Below, in pieces: positions 47,058-59,392 of a DNA stretch of 64,000 nt (its first letter is position 1; every line of letters starts with the position of its first letter). The notes beneath the pieces were generated by a model. The model did not search any database. It saw only the letters and a program-made list of their open reading frames with translations, and was not told the origin of the DNA. This stretch comes from Rebecca billardiae RCC1528 (lineage: Eukaryota > Protista > Haptophyta): the NCBI GenBank assembly GCA_965240325.2, contig OZ251227.1, positions 1,364,001-1,428,000 of the forward strand, written 5' to 3'. Both the position numbers and the translations under genes were made by a program.

Positions 47058-48303
47058 TTTCGACGCTCGAACTCCCCGTCTTTCGGACCGCGCGCGAACT
47101 GCCGAAGTTTCGGTGGCGATGTGCGGACACGAATTCTGAAACTTGATGAAGCCTGGTCATTGGAAGGTGTATTGAGATGATTTGAGATAGGATAGATCGC
47201 GAGTTCGATTTATTATAGATTTTACGACGATGATATCACTATTGAGAGGCCCGCCGCGGTCTTGATCACCCAGCTGCGGCCTGCGGAGCCCGTTCGCTCT
47301 GGTGGTGAGTCAGCTGGCGTGCGCACGGGAAGGAAGGACACATGGCGCCTGACGCCGGGGTGGCGCTCAAGCGCATCGCCTCACGCGTGCGCGTGGCGGC
47401 GTGCTGTGCCTGTGGCCCTGGACGGATGCCTGAGCAGTCCGAGCTCGGCGGGCGGCTGAGGCGTACTGCTTGCGCATCAGGTGGTGGGCACGTGGCGCGG
47501 CGACACTCACATCAGCAATCACTTCTGTCTTTTATTGGGCACCGCGCGGTCGATCAGACTATTGAATGTCTATTTCAGAACAGCGAGTCGATCGTCACTC
47601 AGAGATGCTAGTAGTAGTACGCTGACTGAGCCGGTCTACAGACGGTACCGTCTGTACTAGACCTCGCGCCCCGGGCCGCGCCGTCAGCTCGTGGTGCCAC
47701 GGGTATGCGCACGAGCTCGTGCTTGGCTGCAGCTCCTCAGAGGACTGCCACAGCTGGCTGGCTCAGAGCTTGTTCGCGAGTGCTGAGGTGCGGCGTGGCC
47801 TGCGCGGTGCGCCGCAGCGGTTAATGCGTTGCTCGATCCTGCACTACGGCTACGCTACGTCTTGACTCGCGAGGGAGGCGCCGATATCGGGGCTGTGTGC
47901 AATGCGTCATGGCCGCCCGGCGCAGAGCCGACGCCGCACGACGCAGCCCTCAGCCAACACCAGCGAACACGGTCTGCTATGCCGGAATTCTGGCGAGTTG
48001 GGGCCTTATTGAGGCGTATTTGGTCCTTCGATCGGCTGGGGGGAGCCCGGCCCCCCCAGACCCCCCCAGAGAGTCTGAATGCACCCCTGCTGGACTTCCC
48101 GGACAGTGACCGGAGCCGCACAGGCTCGAAAGTCCCTCGTGGCAGCACGTCAGCACGAGAAGAGTTAGAGGGTGGCCTGAAGATGGCAACCGGACCGTGG
48201 GCGTGAGCTCGGCCGCCTGGCTCAGGCTAGTGAATGGCAGGCAGGAGTGAGGTGATGATACGGCGCATTGCGCTCCCACCGTGAGTGACCGTCCTCTTTG
48301 TAC

Positions 48304-48806
48304 AGGCAATCGCGGGCAATAAGGAGCTGTCACGTTAAGAAACTGGGGCTTGCTATCTGCGGATCTAGCCTAGAAACTGAGACTAGCGATTGGCTGGTTC
48401 GCTATTACGCATAGTCACACTAAGAAACCGGGACTACGTCGTCGCGGCTGACAGTGACGAGTGGTCCGCCGAGGCGCAGTGCCCGTGGGACGCGGCGCGC
48501 GGCCCGACTACGAGTACAGGCCAAGTCCCGACTTCTCCTGATCGGACTGACTCCTGGCCACTGCACCGCAGCATCCATGCAACATCATGCCAGATTTGCT
48601 CCAAAATGGCCCAAATTTTTCTTCGGCCTCGCCGGCCGGGCCTAAAGACTCAGCGGGGGGCTCTCGGCCCCCCTGCGCCCCCCGCGCCTGCGCGGCGGGC
48701 GGACCGAGCTAAGAAACTGAGACTCCGTAGGCGCTCGGGCTACCGAACGGCTAAGAAACCGAGACTAGCCGTGAGATCTCTGACTCCTTATTGCCCGCGA
48801 TTGCCT
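48304..48806. mobile_element. ~503-bp MITE-like element with 23-bp perfect TIRs and subterminal repeats
   Basis: AGGCAATCGCGGGCAATAAGGAG (48304-48326) is inverted at 48784-48806. Five copies of about CTAAGAAACYGRGACT lie near the two ends. No clear TSD. Confidence 0.8.
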
Positions 48807-48929
48807 AGTCTTAGACTACAATCGTCAGTTATTGTGCCAATAACCCTACATGTCAACAATTACAATAATTTAAAATTATATCTAAATTGATAAATAAATA
48901 TTAAACTTCTAAAAATCATGACATCCTCG

Positions 48930-49469
48930 TCAGAAGCAATCTCCCCGCAGCAGGAGCTTCGGGTAGCTGCCGACCCCGTTACCCTGGTGCGGCGAGCCGT
49001 GCGGGAAAATGAGGATGGAGCCCGCGCGCGGCACGATCGTGCGCGTGACGACGGGTTCTCTGCCGTCGTCGTGCCCGTCGCCGCTCGCCCAGTCGGCGAG
49101 GCGGTCGAGGAACTCAGTCTCGCCGCCCTCGCCCTCGGGAATGTCTGCCAGGTAGAGGAGGAAGCTCGTCGTCGTCTGGCGCCCTGTCACGTCATCGACG
49201 CGCACACCATCCACGTGGGGCGCGATAAAGCCGCCGACCGGATACGAGATGATGCGCATGTCTGAGCAGATCCCCTCCACGCGCAGCGCGCGCGGGAGTC
49301 GGGCGCAGAGCTCCGCGGCGAGCTCGGCGTCCCTGAAGAAGTATCGCGTCGCGTACATGTTCTTCGAGCACTTCGACGGCGGGACGTCGTGCATGATCCC
49401 GCGCAATCGCTCGAGGATCTCCTCCTCAAAGCACCCATGTATGTAGACGGGCGCGTCGACGCCCGCCAT
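48930..49469 (-). CDS. 2OG-Fe(II) oxygenase (prolyl-4-hydroxylase-like)
   Basis: YPVGGFIAPHVD (HxD), SFLLYL, EGGETEF and PRAGSILIFPH..PHQG..PKLLLRGD. Confidence 0.88.
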   Translation of the reverse strand: MAGVDAPVYIHGCFEEEILERLRGIMHDVPPSKCSKNMYATRYFFRDAELAAELCARLPRALRVEGICSDMRIISYPVGGFIAPHVDGVRVDDVTGRQTTTSFLLYLADIPEGEGGETEFLDRLADWASGDGHDDGREPVVTRTIVPRAGSILIFPHGSPHQGNGVGSYPKLLLRGDCF

Positions 49470-49618
49470 CGTGGTCCCCTCGGCGTCGTCCGTCTCATCG
49501 ACAATTCCGCCAAAGAAAATTCCGCCGGCCGCTGAGCGGGGCGGCTGTCATCAATGGCGCCAGCTCCTCGCCGGCTGGCCAGCTGGAAACGCCGCGCGTG
49601 ACGTCACGAGCGGGCCAG

Positions 49619-51642
49619 ATGGGGGAGGAGGAGTTGGGCGAGCGCCTGTCGGCCGTGCGGGCCTTCTGCACCGTCGTCTCGCGCGGGGAGGACGCGGGGT
49701 TGGAGGACGAGCCGCTGATGCGCTCGCTCATCAAGGTGCTCGATGCGCCACACGCTGCGCTGCGCACCGCCGGCCTGCGCGCGCTGCGCCTCGCGTGCGC
49801 GACGCCAGCGCGATGGGCGTGGGTCGCGCGCCTTCGGCTCGACCGACGCGTGCTCCGCAGCCTCGAGAACGCCGCGGCCGCGCTCGACGAGCGCGTGCAG
49901 GCGCTCAAGTTTGTGCGGCACGCGTGCAGCAGCTCGGAGCGCGCGCGGCTGCCGCACATCTTTGCGCGCGCGCTCGTGCGGCTCGCGGACGAGCCGGGCG
50001 ACGCGCTGCGGATGCACGCGCTCGAGTCGCTGCGCGAGCTCGCCGCGCGCGACGCGTACCTCGCCACGTCGTGCGGCGCGCTGCGCGTGCTGCTCGACGC
50101 GCTCGCGGCCGACGACGGCGGCGGCGACGGCGGCGCGCACGGCGGCGGCGGCGGCGGCGGCGGCGTGGGTCACGGCGGTGGGCACGCGGGCGTGGGCGCC
50201 GCGGCGATGCGGGGCGGGCCGGTGGACGAGGCGTCGGCGGCGCCGATCGCGCTCACCTTCGTGCTGCTCCTCGACCAGCCGGCCACGCGCGCACTCGTCA
50301 GGCCCCGGCTCGCTCTGGCTAAGCTGTGCGCGCCGCTGATAGCGGTCAGCGGTGCCGCCTCCGCGCCGAGCCGCATGCGCGCCGCGCGCACGCTGGTGCT
50401 GCTCGCGCGGTCGTGGACGGGGCTGCTGCTGCTCAGCGCGACGGGCACGCTGCGCAGCGCGATCGACGCCCTCGCCGACGCGGGCGCCGAGGGCACGCCG
50501 CCGCTCCTAGAGATTTGCGAGCGCGCGCCGCTGCTGCGCGCGCACCTGCCTGCGCGCGCGCGCACGCGCACGAGCGCGAGCGTGGCGTGCGTGCTCGCGT
50601 ACCGCGCGGTCGCGCTGCTCGCGCTGCTGCACGCGGGCGCGGCGCGCGCGCTCGAGCGTGTGTGCTGCGAGCAGCTCAGCGCGCCGCTCGGCGCGCGCGC
50701 GCAGCAGGTGCTCGCTCTGCTCACGAGTCACGCCGCTGCGCTTGGCGTCGGCGACGGCGCGCGCTCGCGCGCCGGCGGCGACGGGAGCGGCGACGGCGGC
50801 GGCGGCGGAGGGGGCTGGGAGAGCGGCTGGGGCGGCGTCGGCGCGCATGGCCTCGCGCCGCCGAGCGACGCGCTGCTCCGCTCCGCGCTCGCGCACGCCG
50901 CGTGCGCGCACACCGAGGCGGAGGCGTGCGCGCCGTGCGAGCTGCTCGCTCTCCTGGCCGCGGACGCGCGCAGGCCACGGGCGGCCGAGGGCGGAGGGGG
51001 CGAGGGAGGGCGGGGCGGCACGCGCGAGCACGCGGTGCAGCGCGCGGCGGCGGGCGGCGCGGCGGGCGGCGCCGCCGCCGCCGCCGAGGGCGGCGGCGGC
51101 GGCGGCACGCCGTCCGCGCCGCCTCGGCCCGCCCTGGGCACGCCGCCGCGCACGCCGCCGCGCACGCCGCCGCGCACGCCGCCGCGCCTCAGCCTGGCGC
51201 TGGCTGCGCTCGAGCGCACGGCCAGCCCGCTCTGGCAGAGCCGGGGCTTCGGCGCGGCCGCGGCGGCCGCTGGCGGCGGCGGCGGCGGCGCGGGGCCGAC
51301 GTCGCCCGCCTCCGCCGCGCGCGGCGTGCTGGGCCGCGCGCGCTCCTTCTCGGCTGACGTGGCCGGTCTGCGCGCCCGGGCGGAGGCGGAGGCGGCGGAG
51401 GAGGTGCGCGCGGCGCACGCGCGGCGCGCGCCGCCGCGCGACGGGGCGGAGGCGGGCGGCGCGGAGGGCGACGAGATGGCGGAGGACGGGCTGTCGGACG
51501 ACGAGGCCGAGGGCGACGGCGCGGAGCTCGACGAGCTGCGCGCGCTGCGGCTGTGGTGTCGCCGTCCCATGCGCGCGGCCGAGCTGCGCGCGCTCAGGTT
51601 TCGCAATGGCGCGCGCCGCGCCGCGCATGACGGCGGCGCGCT

Positions 51643-51673
<31 letters not shown>

Positions 51674-54379
51674 CCGGTGGTGGGCGGCGCGCAGAGGCTG
51701 CGGCTGCTGCTCGGTGCGGAGGGCGCGCCGCCCAGCGCCGCGCTGCCTCCGCCGGGCGCGGGCGCGGCGGCCGCAGAGGCGCGGTGCGCGGCCTTGCTTC
51801 GGCGCGCGGCGGTCGCGCGCTCCGCCGATCCCGCCGACTGGGATTGGACGGCGGTGGCCGAGCTGTGTGCGCACGAGCTGAGGGAGTGCGGCGCGGCGGG
51901 CGTGGGGCTGCGGCGCACCAAGCTGCCCTCACGGCTGCTCAAGCTGTGGGCGCCGCTCAGCGGCGGGCTGCTCCCGAGCACGCCCGTGCGCGCAGCGCGC
52001 GCCGCGCGCCGCGCCGCTGCCGGCCGCCCCCGCGCCGTGCGCGCCCCCGCGCCCAGCGCGTGGCGCTCGCGCCCAGCGCGTGGCGGCTCACGCGTCGCGC
52101 CTTGCGCGCGCGCGCGCGCGCGCCGCGCCGCGCCGCCGGCTGGCTCGCAGGCCGACGACGACGGCGCGCGCTGGGCGGGCTGGGCGCTCACGCAGGTGGC
52201 GGACGCGCTCGCGCAGAGCCCGGACGGGGCTGAGGCCTTGCGCGCGCGGCTGCTCGCGCCGCTCGCGTGCGCGTGGTGGGCGTGGGCGCTCGAGCTGTGG
52301 CAGGGGCAGCAGCTGTCGCCGCCGGGGCCGCGCGACGCGGCGGGGCCGCGCGCGCGCGGCGCCGACGGCCCGGCGGCCTCCGCGAGCGCGGCGCGCGCGG
52401 CGCTCGCGGACGCGTGCGCGCACGCACACGTGAGCCCAAGTGCACTGCCGCCGCTCCGCGCGCTGTGCCGCACCGGCTGCGCCGAGTACGCCGCCCTGCT
52501 CGGCGCCCTCTCGACGAGCGGCGCAGGCCGGGCGCTGCTGCGCCGCGCGCGCGGCTGGGACGGCCCGCGCGCGCTGCTGCAGGCCGCAGCGGCCGCGCTC
52601 GAGCACGGCTCGGCGCGCGCGCTCGGCGCGAGCGCGCTCGCGGCCGCGCGCGCTCTGCTCCGGGGCTTGGAGTACAGCGGCGCCGCGGCCGAGGCGCGCG
52701 CACTGCTCGCCGAGGCGGGCGGCGCGCGCGCGCCCGCGCTGCGGCGCGTGGCGGTGGCACAGCTGGGCTGGCTGCTGGCGCAGGCGACGCGCGCGCTCCG
52801 CGCCGACGCGGCCGCCTCCGCCGCGGAGTCGGCAGCACCCACAACGGCGGGCGCGCGCGCCGAGCGCGCCGCTTCAGACGCGCCCCAAGGCGCCGCCGCG
52901 CCCGCGCCGCCGCTCTGTGCCGTTGGTCAGTGGAGCTGCGCGCAGCTGTCCGCGCATCTCGCCGACGCGGACGGCGGTGTCGCCGGCGCGGCCGGCTGGG
53001 CGCTCGAGCGCGCCGCGCGCGGCGGCGCGGCCGAGGCGGTCGCGCGCGCCGTGAGCGCACCCGCCACGCTGCGCGCGCTGCGCGCGCGCGCGCCCGCGGC
53101 CGCGGCGACATGCGACGAGTGCGCGCGCGCCCTGCTGTGCCGAGCAGCGGGCACGGCGCGCGGGCTGAGCGCACTGCAGGGGCCGGCGCTCGGCGCGTGG
53201 GCGTCGGCCGAGCTCGAGCGCTGGGCGCGTGGCGAGGCGGCCGCGCGGCTCGTGCGCGCCGAGGCGTCGCAGGTCGAGGCGCTGCGCCTACTCGACAGCC
53301 GGCACCACGGCGGCGTGCTGCTGCGCACGCCCGCGCGGCTCGCGCGCGCGTCCACGCCAGCAGGCACAGAGTCTGCCGCTCGGATGGCGCGCGCGAGCTC
53401 GGGGCTCGCGCTCGGCGGCGCGGCGCGCGCGCCGACCCCCGAGGGGCAGCGGCCGCAGCGCATGCGCGCGGGCTCCACGCCGCCGCTGCCGCCGTCGCTC
53501 GGCACGAGCGCCGCCGCCGCGCCGCCCGGACCACGCGCGGCCGATGCCGCGCCGCCCGCCGCCGAGCCGGCCGAGCGCGCGGCGCCCTCGCAGCGCGCGC
53601 ACGGCTGCGCCGCCGCGAGCATGGCGGCGGCCGCGCTGCCGCCACTGCCGCCCTCGACGCGCGCGCACGCGGCGCGGGCCACCGACGGCCAGCGCGAGCG
53701 CGCGCAGACGGGGCCGGCGCCCGTGCCCGTCTCCGTCACCTCGGCCGAGGGCACACCCGTCCCCACGCGCGCCGCCCCCGCCGCCTCGGCACCCGCGGCC
53801 GCCGCCGCCGCCGCCGCGGCCGACGCGCCGGCCGACAGCGCGTGCGCGTGCGCGGACGGCTTGCACCTGTACGCAGAGCTGGCGCGCACGGAGGGCGGGC
53901 GCGAGCTGCTCCGGCCCGTGCTGCTCGAGTGCGTGCGCGCCGCGGCGGACGAGGGCGGCGCTCACGCGCAGCGCGCGCGCCGCGTCGCGGTGTGGGCCGT
54001 GGCCAGCGTCGCTGCCGTGCTCGAGGGCCTTCCGCTCGCGGACGAGCTGTGCGCCGCGCGCGCGGACGAGGCGGCGGCGGGCGAGCACGGCGGCGCGCCA
54101 CCGCCGCGCGGCGCCGTGCAGCTGCTCGCGCACCTCGCGGCCACGAGCGCGACGCTCTCGCTCCGAGGCTCGTGCGTGTGCGCGCTCGGCCTGCTGGGCG
54201 GCTGCGAGCACGCGCGCGCACCCCTCGAGGCCGCGCGCTGGGTGCCCAACGCGCTCGGGATTGCGCTGCCCGCCCACCCGGCGTTGCTCTTCAGCGTGCC
54301 GACGCAGGACGGCCCACCCGGCCTGCGCGCGGCCGGGGCGGCTCCGGAGGGAGCAGCGCCCGCACCGCACACCAGCTGA
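49619..54379 (+). CDS. RICTOR: RICTOR/Avo3-like TORC2 subunit; probable in-frame intron 51986-52150
   Basis: ERVQALKFVR, ALESLRELA, LLLDQPATRALVR, RSWTGLL, WDW, HLYAELARTEGGRELL, AVWAVASV and LSLRGSCVCALGLL occur in the RICTOR block order. Confidence 0.8.
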
Positions 54380-55443
54380 CACAGTGCGTGTACGCGCAGC
54401 AGCGGAAAGCTGGCGGCGGCACTTCCCGACCGGACCCAATGACGTCGATTGCCACCGACAGCCACCGTGACCGATTGCCCGATTGACGGGCGATTGGCAG
54501 CAGCTGGCGGCAGCATATATCATCGATGATTATCACTATCAGCCGACTAGTCTTAGTGGCACTCTGTTAGTCGTCGTAATATACTATAGTTAACGACGGC
54601 GGTGATGAGAATAATATATCACAGTGAACAAAAACGGGATTATCGTTACCGTAACCCGTCCGAGGCGTCCGACACGAGCCGATTTTCGGGGAAATTCTCG
54701 CGCGGGCCGCACGAGCGCACAGACGACGCTACGGTGGTCGCGCAGGCGCCTGGCGAGTGCCCCGGGCATGGGACTGCAACATCCCACCCAGCCTCCCCAT
54801 CCCTCCGCCCCTCTCTGCCTCGCCGGGTTGCACGCGGCTGGCCGGTCACGTAGCTCGTGGTGAGCCATTCGTGAGCGTGGAGCCCTGCTGCTCAGTGCGG
54901 CGATGCAGCGAGGCGAAGCGGCGCGTAAGATGGCGCATCTTACTCCGAATGCAGTCTGCTGCCAGCACAGCCGCCCTCGCCGGAGTGCCTGGTCGTCACC
55001 TTCGTTGTGTGCACCTGTCGCGCGCTGCTGTGAACAAGCGAAGTCTCAGGCCTCCCCGGAGCCATTCAAACACGCTCGTCCTCGACGAGGCGTGCGCGAG
55101 GCACCGCGCGAGCGCAGGAGCGGCCCTTCCTAGCATACTCCTGCACGGCCATCCACCTCGCCACAGCCTGCCATGTCACACTCCTCCCCGCACGCAGTGC
55201 TCGCATGCCGCGTGCAAGTCGGTCGACTGACCTGGTAGGAGGGTGCACAGAAATATTCGACTGCGAGGAGACGGCAGCGAGCCCACGCGCGCGGCGCCGT
55301 CCCACGCTTCATTGTGCTGTTCTAGACCAGTCGCGCGCCCGCGGCACCGCGCCCGCCATCTCCGCGTCGCGTGCCAGTCCACGCCGCGCGCGTGGCTCTC
55401 GACGTGTGCGTCGAGGGCGTCGTGCGTCCGATTCGTACCCGCA

Positions 55444-55741
55444 TGTATTCAACAAATACGACAAATCGCTGAGCTGAACGCACCTCGTCGCGCGATGGCA
55501 TGGTCGCGCTGTGTGGCGTCGCTCGCCGCAGGAAATTCGGTACGCGACGAGAGCACGGCGCACGCGCTCGGCGCGGCGTGGGAGGCGGGGCGGTGGTGTC
55601 CTCGAGCCATCCCGCCCGCGCCGCGGTGCGCCAGCCGCCACCTCGCCGCGCCGTGGCCCATGCCGCGCGGCAGGTGTCGACCAGATCGACCTTGCCGCCC
55701 AAAAGAGGGCCGCACCGGAAATTCTGTATTTGTTGAATACA
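55444..55741. repeat. Perfect 16-bp inverted repeat pair enclosing a 298-bp segment
   Basis: TGTATTCAACAAATAC (55444-55459) and GTATTTGTTGAATACA (55726-55741). Confidence 0.85.
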
Positions 55742-56764
55742 GACTTACCCACGTGCCCGCGATGCGGCGGCGCCTGTGGCGGCGGCGTGGTGCGGCGGCG
55801 GCGGCGCGGGCAGCCTGACGGGCCAGATAGGGCGCGCCAGGTCGGGGCGATCGTGATGGGATGGTTCCATACGCATCAGTGCGTGCTCCTGTGCATCCCA
55901 AGAGCGCGCTGGGCGCCCTCTCTCGCGCCTATGCCCATCCCACGCGGTCTGAGAAGCCTCTGTTTGGACACCGTTGGCTGCGCGCTCGGTCGTGGCTGCC
56001 CGGCGGGTCGGAGAGGTCGAGGCGAGCCGGGTCGTTCGCGACGGACGATGCCTATGGGTCATGGCGAGTGCCAGCACGCAGCTCGGGCGCGCGCCCGGCG
56101 CCTCCTCGCCGCGCTACATCCACACCAAGATCTGGCCCAAAAACAGGCTTCAAGAGCGAAAGTCAGTCTGGGAGCTGCTCAGGCCGCTGTGTGCGGTTTG
56201 GCGGCGTACAAACTTGTGGAGCGGGTGCCCACATGGGTTGAGCACAATGCTATAGAACGTTTTTCCGCGAAACACCACTTCCTCGCCTCTCCGCGCGCGT
56301 GCCGCGCGGCCCCCGTGAAGTCATCTTAACAGCTCACGTGTGGCCGCCCGTGGAGCGAGGGTGGGCGAGGAGGGGCGGGCGAGGGTGACGCCGCCCCGGG
56401 GAACCGCCTTGGTAAGCCGGCCGACGCCTCGCAGCCCCCCTCGCGGCAAAAATGCGCGCACGCCCGCCGCTCGGAGCGCGCCATCGATTCGAATGGGCGT
56501 GCGCACGAACGACCATGCTCAAACGGCTTCGGCCCGATCTTTCTCCACTGTGATATGACCGCGTTCCGCGGTCCTTTTCCGTAGAACGAACGTAGTTCGG
56601 GGCCCGCGGTGGCGGTGCACCCTCCGTCGCAGTCGTCCCGTACACGTGTAACTAGACTCCATCCAGCGGCGCGCCGCCCAGCGCCGCGCCGCCGCCGGCG
56701 TGCGCCGAGTGTGGACTGTCGGTCGTCGGCCGAGCTGCCCTCATCACAGACGGCCCTTACCTGA

Positions 56765-57275
56765 CCCCCTGCGCGTGCGCGACGGCCGACAGGCGGATGC
56801 GACTCGGCGTGATCGACGCACGAGCGCGACTCTTGCACGCCAGGCCACCGGCGGAGCTGACTGACAGCCAGGGAGCCGGACGGCGCGGGACCGCGCGGAT
56901 TCGATCGTTCGTTCGGGCCTGCCGCTGACCGTCGTCGCCGCGACGCCAGCAGCGCAGGAGTAGATGATCTGCAGGTCAGTAGGGTTCGACCTGCGCGCCT
57001 GCGCGACGGCCGACAGGCGGGCGCGAGGCGTGAGCGACGCATGAGCGCGACTCTACGTGCACACCAGGCACCACGCGGCCGAGCTGACTGACCGCGAGCC
57101 AGGGAGCACGGTGCGAGCAGCCATGCAGCACCGGTGCTTGCGCGCGCCGCGCGTGCACGGGGTGACACACCTCGGCCAGGCTCGGCACGCGTCGCAGAGG
57201 CACGGCCAGCTCTGGGCACGCCAGGCGCCCAGGCCACGCGGAGCTGACAGCCACGGGGAGCCGACGGCGCGCGGG
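56765..57275 (+). repeat. Degenerate direct repeat, two copies about 225 bp apart plus a partial third
   Basis: GCGCGACGGCCGACAGGCGG...GAGCGCGACTCT...GAGCTGACTGAC...GCCAGGGAGC at about 56777 and 57001, with a partial third copy at about 57216-57270. Confidence 0.75.
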
Positions 57276-58750
57276 GCCGCGGCCAGTTCCGAGTTCGACT
57301 TGCGCCTGCTCTGAAGAAGAGTTCTGGGAGACCCTGGCGGAGAGGCATGGCAAGGGGGGCGTGTGGTGAAGTCGGAGACTCAGAGATCGATCAGTCCGGC
57401 ATCATGCGCCGCTGCCCCCGAGCTTGCGAGAGCCCGAACACAGGGCGGCGGCTGCGGCGGCGGCGGCACGGCCGCGCGGCCGGCCGCGCAGGCATCGACA
57501 GGGCGCGGCAGGGGCGTGCGGAGTGACTAGTGAGCGGGCACGAACGCGATGTCGACGGCCGTCGGGACCCGCCGCAGACGCGCGCTCCAGGCGCCACTCG
57601 GCACTCGCCACGCGCACCTGCCCATCGAGCGCCCCCTTGCGGACCAACCAAGAGTCGTCGCGGCTCGCTCGCCACCCCCGAACGAAGAAACCTGCACACG
57701 TCGTCCTTGCGACGGCGGCAGGTTTTGAGCTCGCCAGCTCGGTAAGTCAGTGACTATGGAATGGGCTGGCAACGAATAGCTGCGCGGGTATTTTCAATAA
57801 GGCTTGCGGGTTTTAGACTCTAGATACCAACCGCCGCGAAGCCAAGTTCATATTCATCAAGGCGGAGGCAAACTAAAAGAGTCCGGTCATACGCGACCCG
57901 CTTCCTCTGCAATCCCAGCTTTCGGCATACGCGGGTACTACGATACATTATGGCCCGCGGTGAAGATAAATACGATGAGAGTCGTTGATACTGACTCGTT
58001 GCGGCGGCGAGGCCATATTTATTTATTACTATGGTCACACATGAACGAGAGGCTACCCACAATTACCCTGCCTGGCGCATTTGGGCGTGGGTTTCGTTGA
58101 TTCCTCTGTTCACTATTCAAGACGGCGGACGCGCCCTTTTTCGACGCTAATGCACCTGTAAGGGAGTCTCAAAATCGAAACTCGGTCTCCTCCAGCCCTA
58201 AAAAATCGCCCCCCGTCCCTTTTTTCTTGATCAAAGATCTTTTTGAAACGTGGTTCGGGCCCGCTGGTGCGGGCTCCACGCTGCGCGCTCCGCCCTGCAC
58301 CGCGGGCCATAAATAACGTCAAACGTGAACGTCGGTTGACGGCAGTACGTCGGTACGCCCGTACGCCGTACGGCGGCGCGTGATGCTCCGGGGATGCTAG
58401 TGATATAAGGTATAGTAGTATATATATTCCTGACGACTGTCACAATACCGCCGCGCGCCATTATTGCCATGCCGATGCTGCTGGTATCATCGATCCGCTT
58501 CATACGAATCAGATCCGATCCTATCCGACGATGCAGAGCGACGTTGATGAACGGCTGCAACGGATGCGGGCCGCGGCGTCGCGCGCTCTGAGTCTGGGCG
58601 CATTCGGAGTGTCGCCCAGTGCGTACGTCAAACGTGGGTGCGACAATCGCCTCAGGTCAGTGAAGCAGCTCCAAGCAAGACGGCTGCCATGGTATTTCAT
58701 CGGATGGTGCGTCGCGTCGCTGCCCCCACGCTGCGCGCGCTCGCTGTGCG

Positions 58751-59155
58751 CTAGCTGGCGGCCACGCTCAGCATGGACGGCTTCTTGGCCTTGCCACCCC
58801 GCCCTCGCCCGCCGCGCTTGCGCGGCATGCGGCCGCAGGCTTCGTCGTGCCGGCCGTCAGTGCAGGGTGCGTACGCGTGTAGCGCGTGGTCTATGGCGTC
58901 CCCAGTCCCATCGTCGTCGTGCGACGCCGCGAGGGCCGCCTTGAGCGACTCGTTCTCGAGCAGAGCGATGCGCAGCCGCTCCTTGAGCGCGTCGATGCGC
59001 TGCTCGAGGACGCGCTCGCGGCGCGTGCCCCTCCGCGCGGCAGGTGAGTTTGCGGGGCTCACTTGCACCGGCGTGACGCACCCGGCGACCCCCACCGTCG
59101 TGACAGGCGTCGACGGCGACGCGAGGGCCGCGAAGACCGGCAGGCGCGACGGCAT
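58751..59155 (-). CDS. Small hypothetical coiled-coil protein with basic C-terminus
   Basis: LEQRIDALKERLRIALLENESLKAAL heptads and a basic PRKRGGRGRGGKAKK tail. It lies head-to-head with the WD40 gene. Confidence 0.55.
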   Translation of the reverse strand: MPSRLPVFAALASPSTPVTTVGVAGCVTPVQVSPANSPAARRGTRRERVLEQRIDALKERLRIALLENESLKAALAASHDDDGTGDAIDHALHAYAPCTDGRHDEACGRMPRKRGGRGRGGKAKKPSMLSVAAS

Positions 59156-59392
59156 TTCGTGAGCTGCTGGACGTTTTGCGATCCGGCTGCGACCAAACGT
59201 TTCATGAATCTGAAAGTCTGAAGGGACGGTCCGGTCCGGCCGTTACGTACGCGGCGGTTCCGGGCGCGCGGGCGTGGCCCGTTCCTGTGCGCATGGCGGC
59301 AGGGCCGGTAAAGCGGTAAACCGTACGGGCGCGCACGAGCGAGCGCGAAGGCGTCGTCCGGGTGGAGCGCGGATCCCGCGGGCGGCGCAGCC

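Noticed and set aside
54624-58114. AGTGAACA / TGTTCACT as termini of a 3.5-kb element
   Set aside because: Only 8 bp match and there is no TSD.
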